Source: Octopus bimaculoides | Taxonomy: Eukaryota | NCBI RefSeq assembly: GCF_001194135.2 | Contig: NC_068981.1 | Location: forward strand, 199,673,008-199,722,091 | Reading direction: 5' to 3' | Length of the DNA stretch: 49,084 nt | Shown: piece after piece, positions 1-11,777 of the stretch | Numbering within the stretch: the stretch's first letter is position 1 | Layout: every line of letters starts with the position of its first letter | Translations under genes and position numbers: made by a program | Notes under the pieces: model-generated | Seen by the model: the letters and a program-made list of their open reading frames with translations, nothing else | Told to the model about the DNA's origin: nothing | The model's database searches: none

Positions 1-733
1 AGATAGGGCTCTTAATTGTAGATTTTAAATATTTGAGAGACAACAATGCATAAATCGTAATTTTTTAAAAGAGCAATGAATTCTGGGTGATTAGAATATA
101 ACGTAGCATGAATTTAGGAAGCTTAGAAAATGAATAAGCATGATATATATATTTTTAAAAAAACAACACTTTTCACTGTCCAATCACCACCAAAGCTCAG
201 TCAAAGTTATTTACCATTTGAGATTATTTTCATTTCTTTTCAGTTCAGTTCAGCTACATATCTAACTGTATATCTATTAATATCTCTCTCTCTCTCTATC
301 TGCATATTTGTTGATATATCTATAGACTCACCTATGTACCTATCCATCTAGCTAGCTTGCTAACTAGCTAATTAACTATCATATCTGCATTCCCTTCTGT
401 ATCTGTCTATTCTCATAATACCAATAGGTATTAAAACCAAAGTTTAAAAAATAAATAAATAAATAAATAATGGCAATGAATCAGCTTGGCTTCAGGCTTT
501 GATCTGGAATGGAAAAGATGAAAGTGTAACATCCATGGCTATTTGCAAACTAAGGTTATTTTACTTTTATTTAACAATCTGTTGATATATCTTTTAATGC
601 ATAAATTTATAAATCTTCAAGATATTCTTTCATTATATTAAACATTTTGACTGTGCCTGGAAATTGAACACACAAATGCAGACGAGAGGTCTTCTCATCT
701 TTTCTCTCACTCTCATCTTCTCCCTCTTCTTTT

Positions 734-739
<6 letters not shown>

Positions 740-794
<55 letters not shown>

Positions 795-846
795 TGTTCT
801 CTCTCTTTCTCTCTCTCTCTACATATGTATATATATATATATATAT
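740..846. repeat. (CT)n followed by (AT)n microsatellite
   Basis: Direct reading. Confidence 0.9.
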
Positions 847-1143
847 AGCTCCGTTTCAAGTAATTACCTCCCTTGGCATAAGCTTAACCCATGAACAAAA
901 CAAGCAGTAATGCCAGAATGTATAGAATAATATTACAGGTCTGAAGGTCATTTAAGTCTGTAATATTTTCAATATAGATTTTCACTTCCACTTCGTCCAT
1001 CTTACTCTAGTCTTCATCCTTTAATTCCTCTCAGAGCTGGTAGCTTCTTTCTTTCGCTATTTCCTATCTCATTCAGTGTTTGTTATAAACTCCTTCCTTT
1101 CTCTGTAACAAGGTTTCCTTCCACAAAGCAAAATTTGCCTTAT

Positions 1144-1300
1144 AGGCACAGGGGTGGCTGTGTGGTAAGAAGCTTGCTTCCCAGCCACATGGCTCTGGGT
1201 TCAGTTCCACTGTGTGGTACCATGGGCAAGTATCTTCTACTATAGCCTCAGGCCTTGTCATTAGATTTGGTAGATGGAAACTGAAAGAAGCCTGTAGTAT
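1144..1300 (+). mobile_element. tRNA-derived SINE (family A), 5' part
   Basis: tRNA-like head GTGGCTGTGTGGTAAGAAG...GGGTTCAGTTCC, core GGGCAAGT.TCTTCTACTATAGCC, then GGAAACTGAAAGAAGCC and (AT)n; similar copies at 6640, 19580-19978 and 25359. Confidence 0.8.
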
Positions 1301-1302
1301 GC

Positions 1303-1342
<40 letters not shown>

Positions 1343-1347
<5 letters not shown>

Positions 1348-1615
1348 GGGTGCAGTGAACAAACTGTCATCTAAATTATGCAGAAATGAAAATAACATTG
1401 ACATCTCATTTTAAAAGATATATTTACCAAAATTACATTAAAATATCTTGAAATACTAAAGAGTAAATTTATTCAATAAAATCGCTATTGGCTTCAATCA
1501 TGGCCTCCAGACGACTTTCAAATCTCCTGCAACTCTTCTGGATGGTCTCCTTGTTTAAGTTGGTGAATGCTGCCATAATCCTTGCCTTCAGTTCATCTTT
1601 GGTGTTACATTGCTC
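1343..1615 (-). mobile_element. Tc1/mariner transposon 3' fragment
   Basis: End TACAGGGTG after a TA run; minus strand reads CNTKDELKARIMAAFTNLNKETIQKSCRRFESRLEAMIEANSDFIE*, typical of a Tc1/mariner transposase C-terminus. Confidence 0.7.
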
Positions 1616-1759
1616 CAGTCCACTCAGCTGTAAAGGGTGAGACGGTGACTCAGGAAAATCGCTGAATGGAAGTCTTGTGAGTCATGTTTTGTATTCAGCA
1701 ATACAGTATACAACCCGTACTGTGAATAACGACTGGCTGGGAAAAGAGAGGGAAGCCAT

Positions 1760-2808
1760 CAATTATAGATTTGTCTGTCTGGAACTTATTAACTGGCCTC
1801 GTAGCAGAAGGAGAATTGTTTGCCGGAGAAGCTAAGAGGATGCCAAAAGAAGCCGAGTAGGAGTGCTGATCTGCTGTCTATAGGTAATAGGATATTAAAT
1901 GAGGTATGAGTAAGAAGAATTTAGCTGTTGGCTGGATAGATTACAGGAAGGATTATGATAATGTTCCACATTGCCAGCTCTTGAAGTTCCTGAAGATGCT
2001 CAGAGTCTATGAGAATATAAACAACTTTTTGGAGACAGCAGTGAGGATGTTGGATGTAGAACTAACCTGATCAAATGAATCGCTAGGAAACAGGAAAATA
2101 CACAGGAGCATCTTTCAAAGAGATTTGATCTCTTTGTTATTCTTTGCCGTTGCATTAATGCCTCTGATATGTATACCGAGAAAATCCAGGCCTGCCTATT
2201 TGAGTTTATCAAGACCAAGGTGAGAATAAATTACCTGCTTTATATGAATAACCCCAGAGTATACACAAAAAATGAGGAAGTCCTGGATTCACTAATGCAA
2301 GCAGTAAAAGTATTCAGCAAGGAAATTTGGAATCCAGTTTGGAGCAAATAAGTGTACAATGCTAATTATGAAGAGAAGCCGGAAGATAAACTCTGATGGC
2401 ATAAAATTACCACAAGACAGGATAATGAGGATGCAAACACTTTGGAATACTGCAAGACAAGAGGATGATAGGAGGAGAAATGAGAGAGTAAAATCTCTAA
2501 ACAGTACAAGAGGAGAATTAGAAAGGTACAAAATGAAATCAAATAGCGAAAATATCATAAAAGCAATAAATACATTGGTTATGCCAGTATTGAGATATTC
2601 TGCTTCCTTTCTGAAATGGACAAAGGTTGAGTTTCAGAATCTAGATAGAACTAGAAAGCTGCTCACTAAATACAATGCACACACCCCTAAAAGTACTATT
2701 GACAGACCCTACCACACAAGGGAAGAAGGGAATAGAGGATTACAAAACTCAGAAGACATCATTAGTACTATGATATTTAGGTTGAAAAATTATGTTGCAC
2801 TCCCATAG
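1760..2808 (+). mobile_element. Degenerate R4/Dong-clade non-LTR retrotransposon RT fragment
   Basis: Frameshifted motifs WIDYRKDYDNVPH, INYLLYMNN (YMDD), KAINTLVMPVLRYSA..KWTK, RPYHTREEGNRGL. Confidence 0.78.
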
Positions 2809-2809
2809 C

Positions 2810-4850
2810 AATGTCAGACTAGGGGTTTGTGAAAGTTATCCATGGGTCCCTGCCTGAAAGTTCTCCAGAACAGACCAGCCGATTCATTCTCATCGATGCC
2901 TAGAGTCTCCCCAAGAACATTGCTGCACTTACCCGTCACTATCCCTCTATAGAATGCCTGAGTGGAATTTCCCAAAACCGCATTGCCCAACTGACAGTGG
3001 CTGAGAGCACCTAGCAACATTCTAGGTACCAGGTGCCCTTCCTCAGGCTATGCTTGATTCAGGGCTGTAGCTCAAACAGAGACAAGCTGTAGAAAATCAT
3101 GTCTGACAAATGGGGACCACCCCTGCTCACCGTCTAGAAAACACTGGAGATGTCGCAGCCTCAGCACTTGTCTGCACCTCAGCAGCCACAGTATGCCCAG
3201 TCCTCCATTCAGTGGGTGTTGACAGCAAATGGAGCACCTGACCAGTGGAATGCGCCCTTTCTACAGAAAACAGAAGAGTACATGCTCCAGTTTGGTCAGA
3301 TGTAAACTCAGGTAAGGCACAACGGTCAGGTGATAATATATGACAGGGGTAATGTATGCATTCGCCACCTCTCCCTGACCTTTCTCTTGGCCCGTTTCTG
3401 GGTGAGATTGGCCGCCCTGCTCATTACCTCCTTCCAGTTCTTCTCCCCCTGGAGATCTGGACCAAACCAGGCCTCAAGCAATTTTATAAGTCTCTCAGTC
3501 CATGTCCCACAACGTTATTGGGTGGCATGGACTTGCCTCTCCAGGTGCTGAACTGCAGGCCCACTGACTTTTCTTAGTTAATTTTTACTCCTGTCACCGC
3601 CTCGTATTCTTTTAGAATATTGCTGACCTCTTCTATATGCCTGTTGTTCAACACTATAACAGTGACGTCATCTGCATATACCAACACGGTTCTCCCACGT
3701 CCTACTTCACACGAGACGCCTCTCAATGCCTAGTTCCCGTAGTAATGGCTCAAGAGCCAGTACATACAGAACAGATGAGAGGGGACACCCTTGATGGACC
3801 AAACACATGATGTTGAATGGTTCCAATAGGTAACCATTCACCTGAACTACTGAGCAAATGTCACTGTACATTGCAGCGACCTAGCCACGTAAAACAGAAA
3901 ATGGAAAACAGAAACCGGCAGCCATGAGAATGGCCATCAAACATTGGTGATCTTCCCTATCTAAAGCTTTAGATTGATCCAAATTGATCAAAGCCTCACC
4001 CATGCCAGGTTCCTTACCTAACCTGTCTATGATGTATCGCATGAGGTGGGGGTTGTCATGGATGAATCTGCCTGGGATTTCATATGTTTGCGCATCACCA
4101 ATCAGTTCCTCGACAAGCGCCAACCTCTTTGCTAACACCTTCGCCAAAATTTTGAAGTCTGCATCCAGTAGCATTATGGGCCTAAAATTTTTTATTTGAT
4201 TCCCCTAGTTTGGGTTTCTTTCTCAACTGTGCCACCGCTCCTCAACTTACAGAATTGGGAATTCTCCTGGTCTTCTGCCAATTGCGTAGATATCTGCTAA
4301 AGGCCACCAAACAAGTCTGGCATATAAAAGTAAAGCTCATAGTGCAGACTATCCAAACCAAGCAATTTGCCCCCATGCGACTTCTCATCCTGTATTTCCA
4401 TGGCTGTTATCGACATTTCACAATACTCCACTCCCTTTCCAAGAGTCATAGCATGCTGTTGAGGTAGGCACTGAAGTCCATCCTGTGTTCCAGACTGCCA
4501 TTTGTCCCAAACAGTTGGGCGAACTTCTGCTGAAATGCCACACACATCTGTTCAAGCTCAAGTATCATGCACCCATTTTATTCCACCAAAGACCAAATTA
4601 TAGCTTGTTGCTATGTTGCACTTCTTCCATTCGGGCCCATCAAGCGACTTTCATTCCCTCTTATCTTAGAGCACGAACCTTAGCTCTGACAATGCAGCCT
4701 TCATGTTTAGTGTTGAAAAATTGGTTCAGGGCTAGTCCCACGGCCAGCATGTCGGCTGCAATGCATTTCCTAAACACCTCTTCTAAGTTTCTAAGTTCCC
4801 TTCTGTTTTATTCCTTTCTATCACTTATGCCTTACTCAATCTGATTCTAT
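2810..4850 (-). mobile_element. Degenerate L1/Tx1-clade LINE ORF2 fragment
   Basis: LLDADFKILAKVLAKRL...PGRFIHDN...ALINLDQSKALDREDH in ORF 3881-4174; stops and frameshifts elsewhere. Confidence 0.8.
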
Positions 4851-4881
4851 CTAATTGACCTTTTCAGGACCAACCACCATT

Positions 4882-5040
4882 TAAAGTGATGGTATGTTGC
4901 CAACTTAAAGTGGCAGTCCCATGAAAGGGAAGAATGCTGCTGCTATTTAGCCCTAGGAAACACCTTTCCAGTTGGCTATGACACATTTTCTGTGTCCTTA
5001 TGTTTTCAAAGGGGAGATAAGCACTTTCACCCCGCAAAGC
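4882..5040. repeat. Short dispersed repeat, non-palindromic relative of the 21225-21446 hairpin
   Basis: 4882-5010 aligns by eye with 21227-21360 (TAAAGTGATGG..GTTGCCAACTTAA..GAAAGGGAAGAATG..TATTTAGCCC..GGAAACACC..TTTTCAAA). Confidence 0.8.
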
Positions 5041-5088
5041 TCTACATCTTAGAGTGTGCTTCTTCACTGGATTTGTTTTCTACAAATG

Positions 5089-5138
<50 letters not shown>

Positions 5139-5159
5139 CCATATATATATATATACACA

Positions 5160-6310
5160 CATGATTCTTTCACTGCAGATACTAAGGACCTTTTCTCCAA
5201 TGGCTACTGCAAATCAGTTTCGGTGAACAATAAGGGTAGTGGCCTGTCTGCCACCAGGCTTTGCAGACTACCACAAACACTCTTATACTGCTTCCCAGGG
5301 TGCTTCTAGCACTGGAGTCTGTGGAAAGCTGTTACAATGGATTGAGTGTTTCCTGAGAAGCAAAACCCAATACGTTGTGTCTGATGGAGTCCAGTCATGA
5401 CTAAGTCATCAGTAGAATCCTATTGAGTACTGTGTTGAGAATTTCTTTTTATTATATAAATGAAATTGCAGATTTCATTAAACATAGCACCATAAAAATC
5501 TTTGCAGATAACTCAGGGTGTGCATGATCAAACAAAATTCGAATTGGATCTATTCTCAGTGGATACCAAAAGGATATTGCAGCTGAACAAGAATAAAGTG
5601 AACCTCATCCACTTTAAAAAGAGAACATATCCAGACATCCGCATTCACTGCCATCAGAATATCTTCTGGTACTATCGAATAATATCAGAGACTTAGGTGT
5701 AACTGTCGACAACCTTAGCTGGAGTACACACATCAACAAAATGGCTGATATGGCCAGCAGAATGTGCTCATGGATCTTCAGAACTATTCAGTCTAGAGGT
5801 CATGAAATCATCATTCTTTTCTTCTCCATGTTTGCTGGGCATTTGTGGTCCCCCTACACAAAACAAGATATAATGAGGATTGAAGCACTGCAGAGATCAA
5901 TCACACACAAAATAATTAACGAAGAAGCGGTATGATGCTAGTTGATTATTGGGTTCACCTCAAAAACCTGAAACTCTCTTCAGTCCGATGCCGCCACGTG
6001 CGCTATACTATTTATACCGACTTTATCTAAATGATATCAATAATGAGTTTACAAGTCACCCAAGACCCCTGTGCTATATGCCCCCAACAAAAGTCAAGTT
6101 CACATCACATGAGAAGATTATGACACAATTTTTCTTTTTTTAGCCTCTTATGGTCCTGTTTTATTTAATATTATCCCGAAAGAAATTAAAGTAGAAAAAA
6201 GACCCCTACAACCTTCAAATGGTACCCAAATAAATTTCTCCAAGAAGTACCAGACAAACCACCAAAACGTGGATTTGTCTCAGCCAACAACTCTTTGCTT
6301 GAATGGTCCA
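5160..6310 (+). mobile_element. Degenerate CR1-like LINE RT/3' fragment
   Basis: GVCGKLLQWIECFLRSKTQYVV, IRDLGVTVDNLSWSTHINKM, LWSPYTKQDIMRIEALQR, and a 3' KFLQEVPDKP-like end. Confidence 0.75.
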
Positions 6311-6639
6311 TGATGTCGTGAAACAGGTGGTATTTTAAGCTAGTCATAACTTAGATTGGCTGAAACCAATCTAGGCTATCTAAGTCAATATATCTATCAA
6401 AACAGCTCCATTTTGTGCCGAAATAACTTAGAACAATTTATCAGTCGATCTTTTAAGTTGGCGTGGTCTGAGAAAATACTGACTGAAACATAAGTTTATA
6501 GTTATGATTAAGTAGAGAAAAAGAGATGGAGAGAGAAAAAAGAAGTGAGAAAAAGAGAAACGGGGAGAGATGGAGTGAGAGAAAGTGAGGGAAAGACAAA
6601 AAGCAACAGAGTGTGAGAGAGAGAGAGAGAGAGAGAGAG

Positions 6640-7205
6640 GTTCAAGTATGGCTGGTTTGTAAGAAGTTTGCTTCCCAATCACATAGTTCCGGATTGTGTC
6701 CCACTGCGTGGATCCTTCGGCAAGTGTCTTCAACAATAGCCTCATGCCGACCAAAGCCTTGGGAATACATTTGGAAAACGGAAACTGAACGAAGCTGGTA
6801 TTAGTGTATCTACGCCCCCGTAACTTAGTAGACCGATACAAGGAAACCGATACAATAAATTGTGCCATATAATTTAACACACTCCCTGGCAAAATTTCCA
6901 CTTATTTCTTATTTTTATTTTCCTAAAATTTTCGTTGCATCATGCAACCTTTTCAATAGTCTTGAATTTACCGGGGAGTGTGTTAAATTATATGGCACCA
7001 AAAGAAAATGACTCACCCCAGGCACAACAGAATATGCTTCAACACACGAACTCCCATAAAAAATATTGCAAACCAAATCCAAAAACGAGATAGAATAAGT
7101 ATTTCGCTAAAAGAAAAAAAAACATTAGGATCGATTCGTTCAACTAGAGTTCCCCATCATGGCTGCAGTCTAATGACTGGAACAAGTAAAGGATAAAAGA
7201 TAAAG
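6640..7205 (+). mobile_element. SINE family A, interrupted (head/core 6640-6860; tail 7085-7205)
   Basis: Head and core match 1144-1300; tail CATGGCTGCAGTCTAATGACTGGAACAAGTAAA is the reverse complement of 19585-19620. Confidence 0.7.
6862..6998. mobile_element. MITE-like element with ~33-bp terminal inverted repeats
   Basis: GTGCCATATAATTTAACACACTCCCTGGCAAAATT ... AATTTACCGGGGAGTGTGTTAAATTATATGGCAC; no clear TSD. Confidence 0.7.
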
Positions 7206-7925
7206 GAGAGAGAGAGACAAACAAACAGGGACAGACAGAGAGAGCAAGGTTAGAGTGAAAGGAAGGTGGGATAATTTTAAAGGGGAGTAATTGTTAAAAG
7301 TTATAAAGAGTAATCTCCCTTACATCATTAAAAATTTCTTTTAATGATGAATTGGCAAAAATTAAATGGTTAAAATATGTTTATATTCTTTAAAAGAGAA
7401 TCACGGTAATAGCATTTTTATTTCCACGTTCGCATTTTGATATTCGACTACAATATACAAGTCCAATCAGAGAGCTCCTTCAATATTTATCTCATAATTT
7501 CCACTTATTCCTTGTAAATGAAAAATAATATTAATTTTTTTTGTTTTGTTTTTGTGCTAAATGCACAAAACTTGCAATTTGAGGTAGAAAACTAGCTGGT
7601 TACATCGATTTTTCCATCGTACCCAGCAAAATAAGTTGTTAGTTTTCATCACATAATAATGATAATAAATTATTGAAAAATAACATACGTAATATACATA
7701 GAGAAAATATTACCGTTCAGAAAATTAATAGATATATTTAAATAAAATAATATAGATACTATAAATGCTGTTGAAGAAATTGTCTTAAGTTTATATAATT
7801 AAGAAGTATTTCTGTTAATTCTGAATTTTTTTTTAAAACCCAAATCATTAAACGGAACCTATTTTCAGTTGACACCGTCTAAACAAGGGTAGATAACCTG
7901 GTGACCCTTTTGAAATCTGGGAGCA

Positions 7926-7973
7926 ATGGAACTTCCTGAGGTGAAATATGACGTGACAGAATACATCGAAACG
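7926..7973 (+). CDS. DCTN5: Dynactin subunit 5 (p25), coding exon 1 (MELPEVKYDVTEYIET)
   Basis: ATG at 7926; 16 codons resembling the DCTN5 N-terminus (MEL..Y...EYIET); donor ACG|GTAAGG at 7974; phase 0. Confidence 0.93.
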
Positions 7974-8633
7974 GTAAGGAAATGGTTTTGGTATTGATGA
8001 GTTTCACTAGATTCTGCGGCAAATGTCGATGCATGACATGTCACAGTTGGCATCAGGATTTTGTCTTGGCAAAACCTGAAATCCAAAGAAACTACTTAAG
8101 GTTTGAGTCTAAGGAATTGCTCGAAGCATTAGGTCCTTTATCTCGTCCCTTTTTCAGGATTTCTGTATTTTCTAACCAATGAGGAAGGTGCTGCGTGGTT
8201 GTTAGATTTAATCGAAATATATCTTAAACCACACCCAACCGTCCTTTAAAATGATGGATAAAATAATCAAGGGGAAAATGCTTAGTAGGGGGTGTGGAGA
8301 TGAGATGGAAATATAATTTAAGGGCAGAATGTATGAGTGAGGAAAGATGAGATGGTCACAGATGGCAAGGCTTCACCTGTAGATTTTCTTTTACTAATTC
8401 TGGCCAAGGCTAAACAACGCCAGCATTTATTTCAGCTTTTTTTTCGTTAGCAAACTTTGATGATAATCTGATTGTAATGTGTAAATATTGACGTTAATTA
8501 AGGAATATATTGTATTTATATATAAAGAGGATAGATTGTTTCTTTTAGATTTCCTTTTTCAGAATTTCCATTGCGACCACCTGCACTTTATATGAATTAG
8601 TATTCTGTACAATGATAATTGTCAACTGTTTTG

Positions 8634-8635
<2 letters not shown>

Positions 8636-8693
<58 letters not shown>
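8636..8693. repeat. (AT)n(AC)n compound microsatellite
   Basis: Direct reading. Confidence 0.9.
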
Positions 8694-8694
<1 letters not shown>

Positions 8695-8934
8695 TGATCA
8701 ACATATACCCATTAGTCCAAAAATATCAAATATATGTATATAGTCTTTGTTGCCACTTATCGTTAGAATATTTTAATGTCGTACCATTATATTCGTTTTA
8801 TATGTAACACATAAAGCGAACGTGGGGATCTCTATATCGTTGCTCGTCATAAATAAGGAAACGACACACTACGTGATATAGCCCTATAAACTCCCGAGAG
8901 GTGTTAATGGTTCACCATCGAGATGTCCTGCATT

Positions 8935-9070
8935 TGGCATCATCATCATCATCATTTAGTATCCGTTTTCCATGCTGGCATGGGTTGGATGGTTTGACAG
9001 AAGTTGCACCACACTCCGTTGTCTGTTTTTGGCATGGTTTCTACAGTTGGATGCCCTTCTTAACTGCAAC
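8935..9070 (-). mobile_element. RTE LINE 3' end fragment
   Basis: (CAT)n followed by TTTTCCATGCTGGCATGGGTTGGA...CTACAGTTGGATGCCCTTC, the recurrent 3' terminus in this window. Confidence 0.75.
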
Positions 9071-9344
9071 CAAAGTCAGTCAAGAAAAATTGAAATCAAA
9101 AAGGAAGATTCTGTATTTATGAAGTTGGCAGAAAACCACTTGAATAATCAATATGAAATCCAACGCACTCTAATAACTATGATATCTCAGAACTTCTGGA
9201 TAGATTTAAATAAAACTAACTTTAAGAAAATGTGGTTTCAAAGTAAAACAATTTAATGGATAGCTCAATTAAATGTTGTTAAAGTTTGACACATTAATAG
9301 AAACTGATAAAAAATAGAAAGTTTGAATATTATTGTTTCTGAAT

Positions 9345-10160
9345 CATCATCTTCATTATCATCATCGTTTAACTCCGTTTTCTATGCTGGCATGGGTTGG
9401 ACGGTTCGACTGGGGTCTGGGAAGCCAGGAGGCTGCACCAGGCTCCAATCTGATCTGGCAGTGTTTCTACAGCTGGATGCCCTTCCTAATGCCAACCACT
9501 CCGACAGTGTAGTGGATGCTTTTACATGCCACTGGCACAGGGGCCAGAGGATCTGGCATTGACCACAATTGGATGGTGCTTTTTACGTGCCACCAGCATG
9601 GAAGCCAGTCAAGGCGGCACTGGCATCGGCCACGTTCGGATGGTGCTTTTTACATGCCCCCGGCAAAAGGATCGCAACTACAATTTCCATTTGATTTTGA
9701 TTTTGATATTGCTGATGTTGATGTACTTGACTCAATAGGTCTCATCAAGCATGGCATCCAATGTACTTCTGAGTGGGCTGGTTATGTGACACTGGTGTAG
9801 GTTACAGCTGTGATCTCACCTTTATTTGCCGGGTTTTCGCAGTCACAGCATATCTCCAGAGGTTTCTGTCTTTCATCATTTCCTCTGTTCGAAGGTCATG
9901 CTTCACCACCTCATCCCATGTCTTCCTGGCTCTCCCTCTACTCTGGACTCCTTCCACTGTTTGGGAGTGGCACTTCCTCATCCATCCGCAGTACATGACC
10001 ATACCAACGCAAACGTCTCTCTTATTGCCACATCCGATGCTTCTTATGTCCAACACTTCTCTAAGGGCGCTTACACTCTGTCGTGTGTGCACACTGACAT
10101 TACACATCCAGTGGTTCATGCTAGCTTCATTTCTTTCAATCTGTTGTGTAAGAACTGTGC
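9345..10160 (-). mobile_element. 5'-truncated RTE LINE (ORF2 C-terminus plus 3'UTR)
   Basis: HWMCNVSVH...RGRARKTWDEVVKHDL...KDRNLWRYAV, and a (GAT)n tail on the minus strand. Confidence 0.85.
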
Positions 10161-10569
10161 AGCCCTCATCTCCAGTGTTTCTGCAACTCTTCTACTATTT
10201 GTTCTTTGTCTCACATCCTGGAGACGTGCATCCCTATCTTCCTCAATTTCTCCTTGCCTCCTTCTTTGTTGCATGACTCCATTATCCTGCAGTCGTTCTG
10301 CCGTCATCTCAGCCATTTCCTGTTGTCTCCCTACCCTTGCTTCTTCCCAACGCCTTTTGGCATCATCTCTTGACTACGATTGTACCCCATCTCTTGACCA
10401 CGTGGTATAATTGATCAGCACTTATTTTTGTATGTAATGTTGTATTGAGAAAATTAAATCAAAACAACAAAGAGATTACAAATGTCAAATGAATGAAATA
10501 AAATAAAATCAGAAATGATGAAACTATAAATGATCTCCACAAAAATATTTCTCTACATCTTCTGTGTGA

Positions 10570-10980
10570 GTGTACGTCAAAAAGTCAATGTCATTTGTCA
10601 TTGCCTCTGTGAAGCTCAGCATACAGAAGGTGCTTTTTATGTGCCACCAGCACAGGTGCCAGTTCCATGAAACCAACAACAACCACAGTTATGATCTCAC
10701 TTGACTTGACAGGTTTCTCAAGCACGGCATATTGCCAAAGGTCTCAGTCACTAGTCATTGCCTCCATGAGGCCCAAAGATCATGCTTCACCACCTCGTCC
10801 CATGTCTTCCACTGGTTCCCTCCACAGTTAGAGATTGGCACTCCTTCACACAGCTGTCCTCATCCATACACAACACATGACCATACCAGCACAAGCGTCT
10901 CTCTTGCACACCACATCTGATGCCTCTTCTGCCCAACTTATCTCCCAGGATGCTTAAACTCTGTCAACCATACACACTGA
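10570..10980 (-). mobile_element. RTE LINE fragment
   Basis: Homologous to 9770-10110 (CATGCTTCACCACCTC..CCCATGTCTTCC). Confidence 0.7.
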
Positions 10981-11429
10981 TATTATTCACACTGATATAT
11001 ATTCATCAAGAACATTAATCACAAACTCTTACCTGCATGGAAAGTGGAGATAAAATGATGGCAAATGTAGAATCAATCTTTCTTCATTAAAATTTTAGAA
11101 GCTACAATTGTGTATTTTCTTTTACTTCATTTGGATTGAAAGTAATTATATTTGAAGAACGGGGACCTCATTGTTTCAGAGTTAAAGGACTAAGTTACTA
11201 TACAACTTGTATTGTCCACCCTGAAAATCAAAAAGTCACAATATGGCCAGTTGTATCTAAACAGAGACCAATGGCCATTGTTCTTATGTTCAGCAGAGTT
11301 AGAAGAAGCACATGCAATCTCAGACACTGGTCCTATTCAAAAATGTAGAACTTTCAAATGAGGAATAAAATTACTGCTGCGTTTTTTATGTAAATGGAAC
11401 ATCACCCTTAACTGTGGAATGTCCATGGG

Positions 11430-11557
11430 GCTCGGCTTGGTATTATAATGTTGTGCCTGGTATAGGCTTCTACTTGGCCGGCTCCTGTCAAACCGTCCAA
11501 CCCATGCCAGCATGGGAGAGAGGTGTTAAATGAGGATGATGATGATGATGATGATGA
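11430..11557 (+). mobile_element. RTE LINE 3' end, plus orientation
   Basis: GTCAAACCGTCCAACCCATGCCAGCATGG...(GAT)n. Confidence 0.75.
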
Positions 11558-11777
11558 TATAATATGCATCAGTTTACAGGGACCAAGTAGTTCATGATCA
11601 GCAGCTCATTAGCATACAATTTCAATATTAATAGATCTATAAATTAATTAATCAAATGTATAAAATAAACTTGATCCAATTACAAAATTTTGAATAACTT
11701 TGACTGGAGGACAAGCACTACACTATTCCAATTTTGGTAACAACACGCATTGCCTAGTATGCAATAAATGACGTCAG

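Noticed and set aside
1144-1220. tRNA gene
   Set aside because: A/B-box-like head continues into a SINE core found in several copies; no complete cloverleaf
7680-7720. First exon of a divergent gene head-to-head with DCTN5
   Set aside because: Minus-strand GT donors exist, but no coding sequence or downstream exons were recognisable in 1-7900
9773-10410. Long plus-strand ORFs (167 and 194 aa)
   Set aside because: Antisense shadows of RTE sequence and low-complexity purine-rich DNA; no splice or homology support
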